IMG/VR virus record: IMGVR_UViG_3300021254_000021
Location: 96,001-160,000 of that record
DNA from: a virus
Lineage: Duplodnaviria > Caudoviricetes
DNA length: 64,000 nucleotides
Direction: 5' to 3' (one strand)
Each line of letters begins with the position of its first letter. Position 1 is the first letter of the stretch. This document shows positions 19,027-27,413 of the stretch, piece after piece. The translations under genes were made by a program, and so were the position numbers. The notes beneath the pieces are model-generated. The model was given only the letters and a program-made list of their open reading frames with translations. It ran no database searches and was not told where the DNA came from.

Positions 19027-19042
19027 TTCAAAGGAGTAAAGA

Positions 19043-19333
19043 ATGAAGAAATGGCAGAAAAATCCGTGGGCAGTGCCTAATTGTATACCTCCTTATGATG
19101 TTGTGGAATTTGATGAATACGGAAAGAAAATTTATGCTCATTCATACCGTAAGTTTGAAGATGCTTGGGCTCGTTTTCAGAAAGAACCAATAACTAATAA
19201 AGGTTGGATAGAGTTTCGTCGTCTTAATAAAGTGGATGCGGATATGACCACTATTTTTATTCATAATAATAAAGGTATAGAGAATGTAGTTGAATGGCGA
19301 AATCTTGATAAAGTTGGCAAAGTAAAAATTTAA
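19043..19333 (+). CDS. hypothetical protein
   Basis: 96 aa, AAGGAG SD. Confidence 0.7.
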   Translation: MKKWQKNPWAVPNCIPPYDVVEFDEYGKKIYAHSYRKFEDAWARFQKEPITNKGWIEFRRLNKVDADMTTIFIHNNKGIENVVEWRNLDKVGKVKI

Positions 19334-19359
19334 CCATTCATTTATAAAGGAGACTATTT

Positions 19360-19602
19360 ATGAAGTGGCATAAAACATCCTCTAAGGATAGACCGGAACG
19401 ATTACAGAAGTGTATTTGTTTGCAGGACTTAAAGACACGTTATTGCAGGTGTTTTATTCGTATTTTTCGGTATAACTACATAAAAGAAATAGATAAAGAG
19501 TATTGGGAAGATGATGATAACCTGTATGCGTTTTCAGACTTTGATGCTTGGGCGGAGTGGAAAGAGGTAGAAGATGACTATTTAGAAAAGTATGGGGGAT
19601 AG
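19360..19602 (+). CDS. DUF551-like small protein (MKWH family)
   Basis: MKWH...RPE start and xAW C-terminal motif. Confidence 0.6.
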   Translation: MKWHKTSSKDRPERLQKCICLQDLKTRYCRCFIRIFRYNYIKEIDKEYWEDDDNLYAFSDFDAWAEWKEVEDDYLEKYGG

Positions 19603-19605
19603 GTT

Positions 19606-20043
19606 ATGAGATGGTACAGCACTAAAGAAAATGTTAAGATAACACAAAATCCGTACTACCTAGTTAAATATATTGACCAGTTTGGTAGAGAAGATATAGC
19701 TGACTGCATTTATAAGAATGATAAATTTATTAATTTGGATAAGATTATTCCAGAAGAATTAAATGAAGTTATTGCATGGTGTCCATTTGAAGAAATAGAA
19801 GAATACCTTAACTCACATAATCTTTGGAGAAACCGAGATGATGAGTGTGATTACTTTAATAACCTTGGAATAATTGTCTCTACTACAGATGATGGAGAGT
19901 CAGTAGTAGCTATCCCGGCCATAGGTAAAGTGATAAACGGTGAAAGAAGATTCTATGAGTTGTATGAAGATGGATTGCCTGTTGGTGTAGTTTATGGTTG
20001 GGTAGAAATTGGTGATATTTGGACAATCTTAGATAGAGGTTAG
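19606..20043 (+). CDS. DUF551-like protein, tandem domains
   Basis: MRWY start; VIAWCP and VYGWVE motifs. Confidence 0.55.
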   Translation: MRWYSTKENVKITQNPYYLVKYIDQFGREDIADCIYKNDKFINLDKIIPEELNEVIAWCPFEEIEEYLNSHNLWRNRDDECDYFNNLGIIVSTTDDGESVVAIPAIGKVINGERRFYELYEDGLPVGVVYGWVEIGDIWTILDRG

Positions 20044-20044
20044 T

Positions 20045-20287
20045 ATGATTGATAAGAACCACTGGAAAATAGCTTTTGCCTTCAATCCTAAGAAAACTTA
20101 CACAGAATTAAAATGTAAATTTTTCTCTGATCCAGATTTCCGTAATGAGGTATTAGATTCCATTCCAGAAGATAAAATGAAAGAGATGAAGGAAACTTAT
20201 CTGGCAACTTCCAAATTTAAAAATTTAACTTTTGAAGAATGGTTTGACTTTGTTAGACGTACAGGAATGATAATTCCTTCAGCATAA
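20045..20287 (+). CDS. hypothetical protein
   Basis: 80-aa ORF in operon. Confidence 0.65.
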   Translation: MIDKNHWKIAFAFNPKKTYTELKCKFFSDPDFRNEVLDSIPEDKMKEMKETYLATSKFKNLTFEEWFDFVRRTGMIIPSA

Positions 20288-20298
20288 AGGAACAAATT

Positions 20299-20577
20299 AT
20301 GAAACAGTTTCGATATTGTTTGATGATCTTTAAAAGATCAGATATGGACACACCAAACATTAAGTATGAATACATCCACTTTAAGAAAGCGGATGATGAG
20401 GAGGCTATTGCGTATGCAGAGCAATACAGCAAAGAGCATATAGGTTATGTTATTAGGCTAAGATTAAGAAGATGGTGCAAAGAGCTAAATAAAGTAGAGT
20501 GGAGTACAATCATTAGTTTTTACAATGGTCGTATCTTCAGTAACAGCTTAATCTTTAAAACAAAAGGGTATTGGTGA
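20299..20577 (+). CDS. hypothetical protein
   Basis: 92-aa ORF with SD. Confidence 0.65.
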   Translation: MKQFRYCLMIFKRSDMDTPNIKYEYIHFKKADDEEAIAYAEQYSKEHIGYVIRLRLRRWCKELNKVEWSTIISFYNGRIFSNSLIFKTKGYW

Positions 20578-20584
20578 ATAAGAG

Positions 20585-20779
20585 ATGAAATGGCATTATA
20601 CAGAAAATGAATTGCCTGAGCAATATGAAGAGTGTTTTTGTGATACTGGAGAATTTCATGGCTACCAAACACTTACTTACAGTGACACAGAATTTTATGA
20701 CAAAGAATGTGTAGAGTTTGAAGTAACAAGATGGGCACGGGTTTCTGAAATCGTTACTATGCTTAACAAGAACACATAA
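20585..20779 (+). CDS. DUF551-like small protein
   Basis: MKWHYTENELPE...VTRWA. Confidence 0.65.
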   Translation: MKWHYTENELPEQYEECFCDTGEFHGYQTLTYSDTEFYDKECVEFEVTRWARVSEIVTMLNKNT

Positions 20780-20825
20780 AGAAAATTATGATATGAAAGA
20801 GTCTGACTACTAAGGAGAATAAGCT

Positions 20826-21092
20826 ATGAAATGGCATTATTTGAAAAATGAAGGTTATCCGAAATGGTATGCAGAAATAATTGTGAAATGTGAAGATGGT
20901 GACGTGTTGAAAACGGGTTATTCATCTTATGACGATGATAAAGACTATCACCATAAATCTTTTGAAGTGTCTTTTTATGATGATGAAGGTTTTGATGCTG
21001 ATATGGGATCTCTGAAGTGGATTAATGTTGTTGCATGGTGTTACATAGAGGATGTCTATGAAGAACTACAAAAACAGGAGGTACAACCATGA
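20826..21092 (+). CDS. DUF551-like small protein
   Basis: MKWHYLKNEGYP...VVAWC. Confidence 0.65.
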   Translation: MKWHYLKNEGYPKWYAEIIVKCEDGDVLKTGYSSYDDDKDYHHKSFEVSFYDDEGFDADMGSLKWINVVAWCYIEDVYEELQKQEVQP

Positions 21093-21265
21093 AAATAAAA
21101 GAGCTGATTGATTTGTTATCAGAATATGATTCTGATTTGGAAATAGAGTTTGAGTTTGAAGAATATTATGATGATTTTGGGACATGGCTATTAGAGTTTG
21201 ATAAACTTTTGAAACGTGTCTATGATAAAGAGTTTCTTCTTTTTAATTTGAAAAAGCGAAATTAA
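21089..21265 (+). CDS. small acidic protein, MKxKELI family (not in ORF track)
   Basis: MKIKELIDLLSEYDSDLEI, 58 aa; GGAGG SD and ATGA overlap. Confidence 0.7.
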   Translation: MKIKELIDLLSEYDSDLEIEFEFEEYYDDFGTWLLEFDKLLKRVYDKEFLLFNLKKRN

Positions 21266-21316
21266 TAAGTGGTTATTACTGAAGTCACCTGATCATAGAA
21301 ATAAGGAGAACAAACT

Positions 21317-21487
21317 ATGACAGAGAAAGAACTAATTGAAATATTACAGCAATTTGACCCAGAATGCAAAGTAATGATAGAAGCAGACAGGTTGGATATT
21401 ACATACGGTGGCATAACTTCAGTATATGAAAACTTGTTTTCTAAAGAACCTATAGTTGAAATAACATTTGACTGTGGTATAGTATAG
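21317..21487 (+). CDS. small acidic protein, MxxKELI family (not in ORF track)
   Basis: MTEKELIEILQQFDPECKV, 56 aa; AAGGAG SD. Confidence 0.7.
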   Translation: MTEKELIEILQQFDPECKVMIEADRLDITYGGITSVYENLFSKEPIVEITFDCGIV

Positions 21488-21498
21488 GGGACACTGCA

Positions 21499-21717
21499 AT
21501 GAAAAATGAAGAGTACAGAAAATTTCTTAGAGACTTAGAGCATGATATATTCAATAGATGTCCCATTATTGGAACCACTAATGCTAAAGCAGTGGTTAGT
21601 AAAGCTGATATGGAAAAACACAGTTACAGTGAGTACGAAGTTGAGCAGTATGCTTATGAATTGGCAGATTTTGTAGAAAACTGCATTAAAGAATATATAA
21701 ACAACACAATGTTATAA
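21499..21717 (+). CDS. hypothetical protein
   Basis: 72-aa ORF. Confidence 0.65.
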   Translation: MKNEEYRKFLRDLEHDIFNRCPIIGTTNAKAVVSKADMEKHSYSEYEVEQYAYELADFVENCIKEYINNTML

Positions 21718-21768
21718 ATTAAGTACAATACATGAAAGAATTGTATTGTACTTATAGGAGAAAGAACA

Positions 21769-21945
21769 ATGACAGTAAAAGAGTTAATAGAAAAACTAGC
21801 ATTACTAGATTCTGATTCACAGGTTCTAATTCAGTATATGGATGCTGATGCTTATGGTTCGTGTTGGAAAGATCTTGAAGACTTTGACGAAGACGATGTT
21901 AGAGCAAAAGATGATATTGTAATTATTGATATTTCTGATAAATAG
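21769..21945 (+). CDS. small acidic protein, MTVKELI family (not in ORF track)
   Basis: MTVKELIEKLALLDSDSQV, 58 aa; AGGAG SD. Confidence 0.7.
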   Translation: MTVKELIEKLALLDSDSQVLIQYMDADAYGSCWKDLEDFDEDDVRAKDDIVIIDISDK

Positions 21946-21955
21946 GATGTTTCTA

Positions 21956-22117
21956 ATGACAGCTGGAGAATTGATTGAAATGTTAAATACAGTGGATCCT
22001 GATATGGAGGTTGTCATTGAAGGACGTGACTCCACTGGTGAGTGTTGTGATGCTTATGAAATGACTGAGAAACATATTTATATTGGTGATGAGCGTATTG
22101 TCATTGTTGCGGAGTAG
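21956..22117 (+). CDS. small acidic protein, MTxxELI family
   Basis: MTAGELIEMLNTVDPDMEV. Confidence 0.7.
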   Translation: MTAGELIEMLNTVDPDMEVVIEGRDSTGECCDAYEMTEKHIYIGDERIVIVAE

Positions 22118-22119
22118 TT

Positions 22120-22326
22120 ATGAAAGAGAGAATAATGTACGTTATTCAGAGAGCTGACGGTAAATTTTATTGGAAGCATCAGAGTATTTCCTCATATTAC
22201 GGATATGAAAGTTTCGACAAAGCACATTTGTTTTCTACCGAAAGGGGAGCGAAAGCTAGGATCGGTTATGGTAATGAAGGACAGGAGTGCAAAGTTAAAC
22301 AGGTTAAAATAGTGCTTGTTGACTAA
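22120..22326 (+). CDS. hypothetical protein
   Basis: 68-aa ORF with GGAG SD. Confidence 0.65.
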   Translation: MKERIMYVIQRADGKFYWKHQSISSYYGYESFDKAHLFSTERGAKARIGYGNEGQECKVKQVKIVLVD

Positions 22327-22386
22327 AGAGACACTTGCACCACTTTCGTAAAGTTCTCAATCTGCATTTGCTAAGGAGAATCGGCT

Positions 22387-23043
22387 ATGACAGACAACTT
22401 TAAACTTATTAAAGACTTTATTCAATCTCAATGGGGCGGCCAATTTGATTCTTTTACAAACGTATTCTATATGGTAGACATTATTGGGCGTGCTAAAGAT
22501 AATGCTCGTATTATAGCAGGTAATCATAAATTCAAAACATACTATATCAGAACAATAGAAGATTTTGATAAGTACGAGAATGAAATTAAGTTGCTTTGTG
22601 ACACTCTTCAGATGCGAGCTTATATTTCAGTCAACCATAAGTCGATGAAGCATGTAACACTAAACACTATGGCAGAGTATGCTAATCGTATTGCACAAGA
22701 AAATTTTGATAAACCATATTCTGTGTTTGATTCATGTGCTGCAAAGTATGTAGAACGCTCAGAACAGCTATGGATTATTGATGTCGATAAAGAGGATGTA
22801 GAACATTATAGCTTAACTGCACCCATGACAGTAGATGATCTTGTTGAACTTTACATTAAGATTATAGAGTCTTGTGAACCTAAAAAGAAAATCGTTACTG
22901 TAATTCCAACTAAGACAGGCAAACATATTATCACACATCCGTTTAATACAATAGAGTTTTGTAATAAAGCACCACATTGTAAGTGTATGGAAGGTCTTAT
23001 AAAGAAGAACAATAACACCCTTCTCTATGAGAACATTAAATAA
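22387..23043 (+). CDS. hypothetical protein with AEP/primpol-like motifs
   Basis: WIIDVD (hhhDhD) and IPTKTGKHII (TxxGxH). Confidence 0.5.
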   Translation: MTDNFKLIKDFIQSQWGGQFDSFTNVFYMVDIIGRAKDNARIIAGNHKFKTYYIRTIEDFDKYENEIKLLCDTLQMRAYISVNHKSMKHVTLNTMAEYANRIAQENFDKPYSVFDSCAAKYVERSEQLWIIDVDKEDVEHYSLTAPMTVDDLVELYIKIIESCEPKKKIVTVIPTKTGKHIITHPFNTIEFCNKAPHCKCMEGLIKKNNNTLLYENIK

Positions 23044-23060
23044 GGTAAGGAGGGCAAGCA

Positions 23061-23390
23061 ATGAAAGTTCAGGAATTGATTGATGTATTAAAGAGACTCA
23101 AACCTGATAGTGAGGTTCTGATTAGAGCTTGGTATGAAACAGTCATTCAAGATGAAGACACAGTGGATGAGAGAGTGGTTAAGTTTAATGAAGATTATTT
23201 TAGTACAGATTATGATTATGACGGAAATTTTGTAATTTTTACTAGTTTAGAAGATGATGATGAAGAAGACTTTTATGAAACTCCAGAACAACGAGCTAAA
23301 GAGCATCGCCGTTCAGAATTGTACAGAGAGTATTTAGAAAATGGTGGTACACTTTCGTGGAATGAATTTCACGAAGGGAAAACAGAATAG
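23061..23390 (+). CDS. MKVxELI family acidic protein
   Basis: MKVQELIDVLKRLKPDSEV. Confidence 0.7.
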   Translation: MKVQELIDVLKRLKPDSEVLIRAWYETVIQDEDTVDERVVKFNEDYFSTDYDYDGNFVIFTSLEDDDEEDFYETPEQRAKEHRRSELYREYLENGGTLSWNEFHEGKTE

Positions 23391-23428
23391 GCATGTAGTA
23401 TATCGGTAAGCATAAAGGAGAATGAGAA

Positions 23429-23830
23429 ATGAGTTTAGATTTTTACGTAAATGTCCCGGAACAAACATATTATACACGTGAGAATGGTAGTACTGTAAGA
23501 AAACCTGCACCAGATTGTAATTATGAGAGTTTGCTTATTGGTAATATTACCCATAATCTTAATCAAATGGCAATGCACGTTCCTGTATCAGACACATTAA
23601 CCCTCTATAATGTGTTATGGCGTCCAGATGAATCAGACCTTAAAACCACTGATGATATTCTGGAGTATGTGACAATCGGTGTTAAATATCTGATTGACCA
23701 CAAAGAAGAATTACTGCAATATAATCCAGATAACGGATGGGGAAGCTATGAAGGGCTATTAAACTTTTCAAGACGTGTTGGTTCTGCTTGTCTATTTCAT
23801 CCACATTGCGAGATTGAAGTGAGTAGATGA
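23429..23830 (+). CDS. conserved-type phage hypothetical protein
   Basis: MSLD..NITHNL..MA..LWRP..YNP.NGWG.YE pattern. Confidence 0.7.
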   Translation: MSLDFYVNVPEQTYYTRENGSTVRKPAPDCNYESLLIGNITHNLNQMAMHVPVSDTLTLYNVLWRPDESDLKTTDDILEYVTIGVKYLIDHKEELLQYNPDNGWGSYEGLLNFSRRVGSACLFHPHCEIEVSR

Positions 23831-24276
23831 TAAGGAGTAGGGAGATGGATACTGGTTGGAAAGAATTAAAATATACTCTACTAAACCTATATAGAAGGTG
23901 TTATGAACATGATAAAAAGTATAGAGAATACCTTGAGAGTACTCATAACCTTCAGAATTTAGAAAACTATAGAAATTCCTTTTCTAATCATAAACCTGCA
24001 CCCTACATTGTTCTTCAACACGTTAAAGATTTATCGGAAGATGGTAGAGATAAGCAAGATAAATATATTCTTTATTATCTTTTGCGCATAGATTCTACGC
24101 TAGATAGAATACCCATTGTTCATAAAATGTTGTCTATTATAGACGCTGATTATGAGAAAAAAGAAGAAACATTAAGGGAATCTATGAGTTCCTTTTGTGA
24201 AAACAAGAATGATCTTGAACTATTTAAGCGTATGATGATAGATTATAACAACCTAATAAGTGACAAAGTTTACTAA
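23827..24276 (+). CDS. hypothetical protein
   Basis: 149-aa ORF. Confidence 0.6.
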   Translation: MIRSREMDTGWKELKYTLLNLYRRCYEHDKKYREYLESTHNLQNLENYRNSFSNHKPAPYIVLQHVKDLSEDGRDKQDKYILYYLLRIDSTLDRIPIVHKMLSIIDADYEKKEETLRESMSSFCENKNDLELFKRMMIDYNNLISDKVY

Positions 24277-24309
24277 TCTTTAGGAGAAATAATAAGGAGA
24301 TAACAAACC

Positions 24310-24546
24310 ATGAAAGAACAGGACACTACACATGAAGACCGTATAGTACTAATAACTAATGATGAGCGTCGTATGATTGTTCGTGCATTAGGTTTGTTAG
24401 AAACAGCATTGAACATAGAAGATGATGTTTGTTCTGATGATTATAAAGAATCTGTAAGAGAACTAGCTCATGTCTTTTGTGAAGAAAACTGGATGCCTCA
24501 ATACTATATTAACTCCTATAAAGTTCGATCGTTAGATGAGGTTTAA
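24310..24546 (+). CDS. hypothetical protein
   Basis: 78 aa, AAGGAG SD. Confidence 0.65.
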   Translation: MKEQDTTHEDRIVLITNDERRMIVRALGLLETALNIEDDVCSDDYKESVRELAHVFCEENWMPQYYINSYKVRSLDEV

Positions 24547-24547
24547 T

Positions 24548-25261
24548 ATGTTAGACATCTACCTCTATCGTCGAAATAAGAAAAGAAAGAGAATCACTAT
24601 AAAGGATGCTAACAAGGAACTTATAGAACTACTAGAACAATCGCCAATAAAAGAGCTTAGAGAACTGAAAGAGTATAGCCAGTATATAGACAAACCATTT
24701 ATAGAGTGTTTAAAAGAAGCGATAAATGGTTATGTTGGGGTTATCTCTGGTGGCTTACAATCAGAAGAAGTCAGTCACAGTAAAGGTCTATGGAGTGTTC
24801 TCTGTATGTTTAAGGATTATACAGAGAATTGCTCTAATATGGTTTTAGAGCAAGACACAGTTAAAGAATTATTCGATCTTGTCACAAAATCATTATGTGA
24901 TGTCGAGAGACACTTTGAAGATAAGGGATTTAAAATAATTAAATCCCCAATAAGTGATGATAGTGATAACTTATTGTTATTACAAAGTGATGGGTATGTA
25001 GCCGTTTCTGTTATTAACAGAGGAAATTTTGAGTTTGAATCTACTGGAAAGATAGATCATACACTTGAGTATGAAGCTAATAAAGTTTGCTATGATAGGT
25101 TTTATTTTTACGACACGGATCCTTTAGACACAAGTAGAACAAAGAAGTATTATGATGCTTGGATTTATGAGAAACTAATTAAATTGTATAAAGATTTGAA
25201 AAAGATTATAGAAGAGACAGACTTTAGTAAACAGCAAATTGTACTTAACGCTTCTTGGTAA
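24548..25261 (+). CDS. hypothetical protein, paralog of 41191-41853
   Basis: Shared N-terminal LDxx(L/F)Y and C-terminal ETD(F/W)..xQIVLNA.W. Confidence 0.7.
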   Translation: MLDIYLYRRNKKRKRITIKDANKELIELLEQSPIKELRELKEYSQYIDKPFIECLKEAINGYVGVISGGLQSEEVSHSKGLWSVLCMFKDYTENCSNMVLEQDTVKELFDLVTKSLCDVERHFEDKGFKIIKSPISDDSDNLLLLQSDGYVAVSVINRGNFEFESTGKIDHTLEYEANKVCYDRFYFYDTDPLDTSRTKKYYDAWIYEKLIKLYKDLKKIIEETDFSKQQIVLNASW

Positions 25262-25265
25262 GTTA

Positions 25266-25370
25266 TCAACTACCAACAGTCTGAATAACTATGGATTTGC
25301 AACAGTCTTGTGGCAGTTGCTCTCAGTATAGAAGCGAACGTGACGTTGCATTCGGGTACATTGTCGAAAC
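25266..25370 (+). ncRNA. orphan, degenerate omega-RNA/HEARO-like sequence with no adjacent IscB
   Basis: 25 of the first 32 nt match the IscB omega-RNA start at 35484; GTTG, ACGTT and ACATTG.CGA blocks in the same order. Confidence 0.55.
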
Positions 25371-25444
25371 TACCATAGAGACAGTAAAGGAACAATTTTA
25401 AGTATTACAACCAATGACGGCTACCTGTTTAAGGAGACAAAGAT

Positions 25445-26044
25445 ATGGAAGATAGCTTAGACCAAATAATACGGCAAAAGAAATTCGAGAGTAACAAAGA
25501 GCAAATAAGGAACTTTATTATTCATTGCCTAGGTTTTCAACCAGAGGACATGACAGGCGGCGAGTTTGCAAATGACTTCATGTGGAAAACAAAGAATGCA
25601 GAATTTAGGATAATATTTTATTACGGCTGTACATGGAAGGATGAGAAGGATTACTTTTGGTATTTTCTAAGGATTAACGGTAATAAAACTGAAGGGGAAT
25701 ACCACTTCAATGATCCTTTATACTGTGAGGATGAGGAAGAAATAGTTAAGATTATACAGCCTTTTAAAGACTGTATAGAGAATAGAAAGACTCTTAATGT
25801 CACTTCAAACAGAGAGTCAAAACCATTCACATACAGGTACTATGTTATTCAGGCTTTTAGAGACAATCTTTGGAGTGATGTCTTATTTAGTAGAGGGAAT
25901 ATTTGTACGGCTAATAAAAAAGCAAGACATTACCGAAATCAGAATGATTGTGAAACCCGCGTGGTTGAGATACGAGAGAACATTGCATATTCCTATGAGT
26001 ATGAAGTAGTGGATAAGTATGATAGAAACAAGGAGAAGGAATAA
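25445..26044 (+). CDS. hypothetical protein
   Basis: 199 aa, AAGGAG SD. Confidence 0.7.
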   Translation: MEDSLDQIIRQKKFESNKEQIRNFIIHCLGFQPEDMTGGEFANDFMWKTKNAEFRIIFYYGCTWKDEKDYFWYFLRINGNKTEGEYHFNDPLYCEDEEEIVKIIQPFKDCIENRKTLNVTSNRESKPFTYRYYVIQAFRDNLWSDVLFSRGNICTANKKARHYRNQNDCETRVVEIRENIAYSYEYEVVDKYDRNKEKE

Positions 26045-26511
26045 TGGATAAGGATAGGAAAATGAGATGTAAAGTTTGCATTAAAGAGATTGTGTTTGGT
26101 TATGTTGATCCAAACAAAGATTATACCCTGTGTGAGAAATGTGCTTTTAAAGATGAGGATCATTCAGAGTATTATGAGAAAACGCATAAAATAAGGAGAC
26201 GAACAATGAAAGTTACTCTTGACAGAATAGAACAACTTCAAAACGGATCTGCCTACATTGTTTTTCTCACTGATATAAACACTCACTTCATTGGTAAGTT
26301 TTCATTCATTGTTCCTAAAGCGTTTGCTTCAAGGGTGTGTCGATATATTGTGGAAAACACATTTGGTTATGGAACAGAGTTGGATGTTAGCATAATTCCT
26401 TTAAGTAATGGTAAAGAGATGATGGAAATAACAAGCTACGTCTCGTATGATCCTAAATCAAAAACGGTACTTCGTTTAACAGAATATAGTCGTGATAAAA
26501 ACAATGAATAA
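26044..26511 (+). CDS. hypothetical protein (possibly two fused ORFs)
   Basis: N-terminal CxxC pair; internal AAGGAG SD before MKVTLDRI. Confidence 0.6.
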   Translation: MDKDRKMRCKVCIKEIVFGYVDPNKDYTLCEKCAFKDEDHSEYYEKTHKIRRRTMKVTLDRIEQLQNGSAYIVFLTDINTHFIGKFSFIVPKAFASRVCRYIVENTFGYGTELDVSIIPLSNGKEMMEITSYVSYDPKSKTVLRLTEYSRDKNNE

Positions 26512-26620
26512 CATTCTACTAACACTCTTAATATTCATCCCGACCGCACTTTTATTCTTTATTATCATTCCTCTTTTTCTAAGATGGTTTTTCGTGGATA
26601 GAAAACTGAAAGGAAAATAA
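26504..26620 (+). CDS. small single-pass membrane protein (not in ORF track)
   Basis: MNNILLTLLIFIPTALLFFIIIPLFLRWFFVDRKLKGK; overlaps the previous stop. Confidence 0.55.
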   Translation: MNNILLTLLIFIPTALLFFIIIPLFLRWFFVDRKLKGK

Positions 26621-26696
26621 GTGAGGATTATTATCTATAAAATAGGGTTGTTTCTTTTTATCTGTAAGAACAGATATTTTTAAGGAGAATAAAGAG

Positions 26697-27176
26697 ATGA
26701 GAAAAATAAAACGTAGTTTAGAGTCACGTGGTATTCGTCGTCGTTTTACTGAATCAGAAGAAAGTAATGTTATTTATACCGCAAAGAAAGCATGGTTTGA
26801 TTCAGAAGAGGATTCTTATGAAAAGGGTGTTATCGACAGCGGAGTATCTTGGGATATAAATTTAGACCTTTCTGCCAATTCATTGGAAGATCTGTTCAAG
26901 AAAGTACAGAAAAGTCTTTATATGAATGGTAAAGGCTATTCTTGGGGTGTTGAGCTTTCAGATATGAATGGTGAAACATGTTTTCTGGTAGAATATGAAG
27001 GTGATGAAGATAATGACTTAGCTTCTGATAGTCAAATTGAAGACTGGAAGAATGGTGACGAGAGGCTTTGGCTTGTTCGCGGTAGAGTTCGTGTTATGAA
27101 AGCTATTAAGCCTTCAAATGTTCCTGATGAAGAAATGAAAGCGTTTGCACGTGCAAACGGTCTTGACATCCTGTAA
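26697..27176 (+). CDS. acidic protein with basic N-terminal leader (candidate capsid cargo)
   Basis: MRKIKRSLESRGIRRRFTESEE; own SD and terminator. Confidence 0.75.
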   Translation: MRKIKRSLESRGIRRRFTESEESNVIYTAKKAWFDSEEDSYEKGVIDSGVSWDINLDLSANSLEDLFKKVQKSLYMNGKGYSWGVELSDMNGETCFLVEYEGDEDNDLASDSQIEDWKNGDERLWLVRGRVRVMKAIKPSNVPDEEMKAFARANGLDIL

Positions 27177-27197
27177 TAAAAAACTTCTTATAGAAAC

Positions 27198-27231
27198 AAA
27201 AAGCCTACTGAATTATTCAGTAGGCTTTTTT
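27198..27231. terminator. intrinsic terminator
   Basis: AAAAAGCCTACTGAA-tta-TTCAGTAGGCTTTTT. Confidence 0.9.
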
Positions 27232-27413
27232 ATTGTTGTTAGCTTTTGTGTTACGGTTGAGTGAGTTGGACACACTTAAAAGAAAATTGTCTAAGAGAAT
27301 CATTGAGTTAGACGAATCCATCCTAGGGGATGAAAAAAGGCTACCTTTTTGGTAGCCTTTCGCGTATATACCTCTTGGAAGTTGTTACTATTTATAGCGT
27401 AGGAGCAAATCAC

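Noticed and set aside
16058-19040. CRISPR or TIGR-like array
   Set aside because: Repeats are separated by whole genes of 0.2-1.3 kb rather than short spacers, and no cas or tas gene is visible
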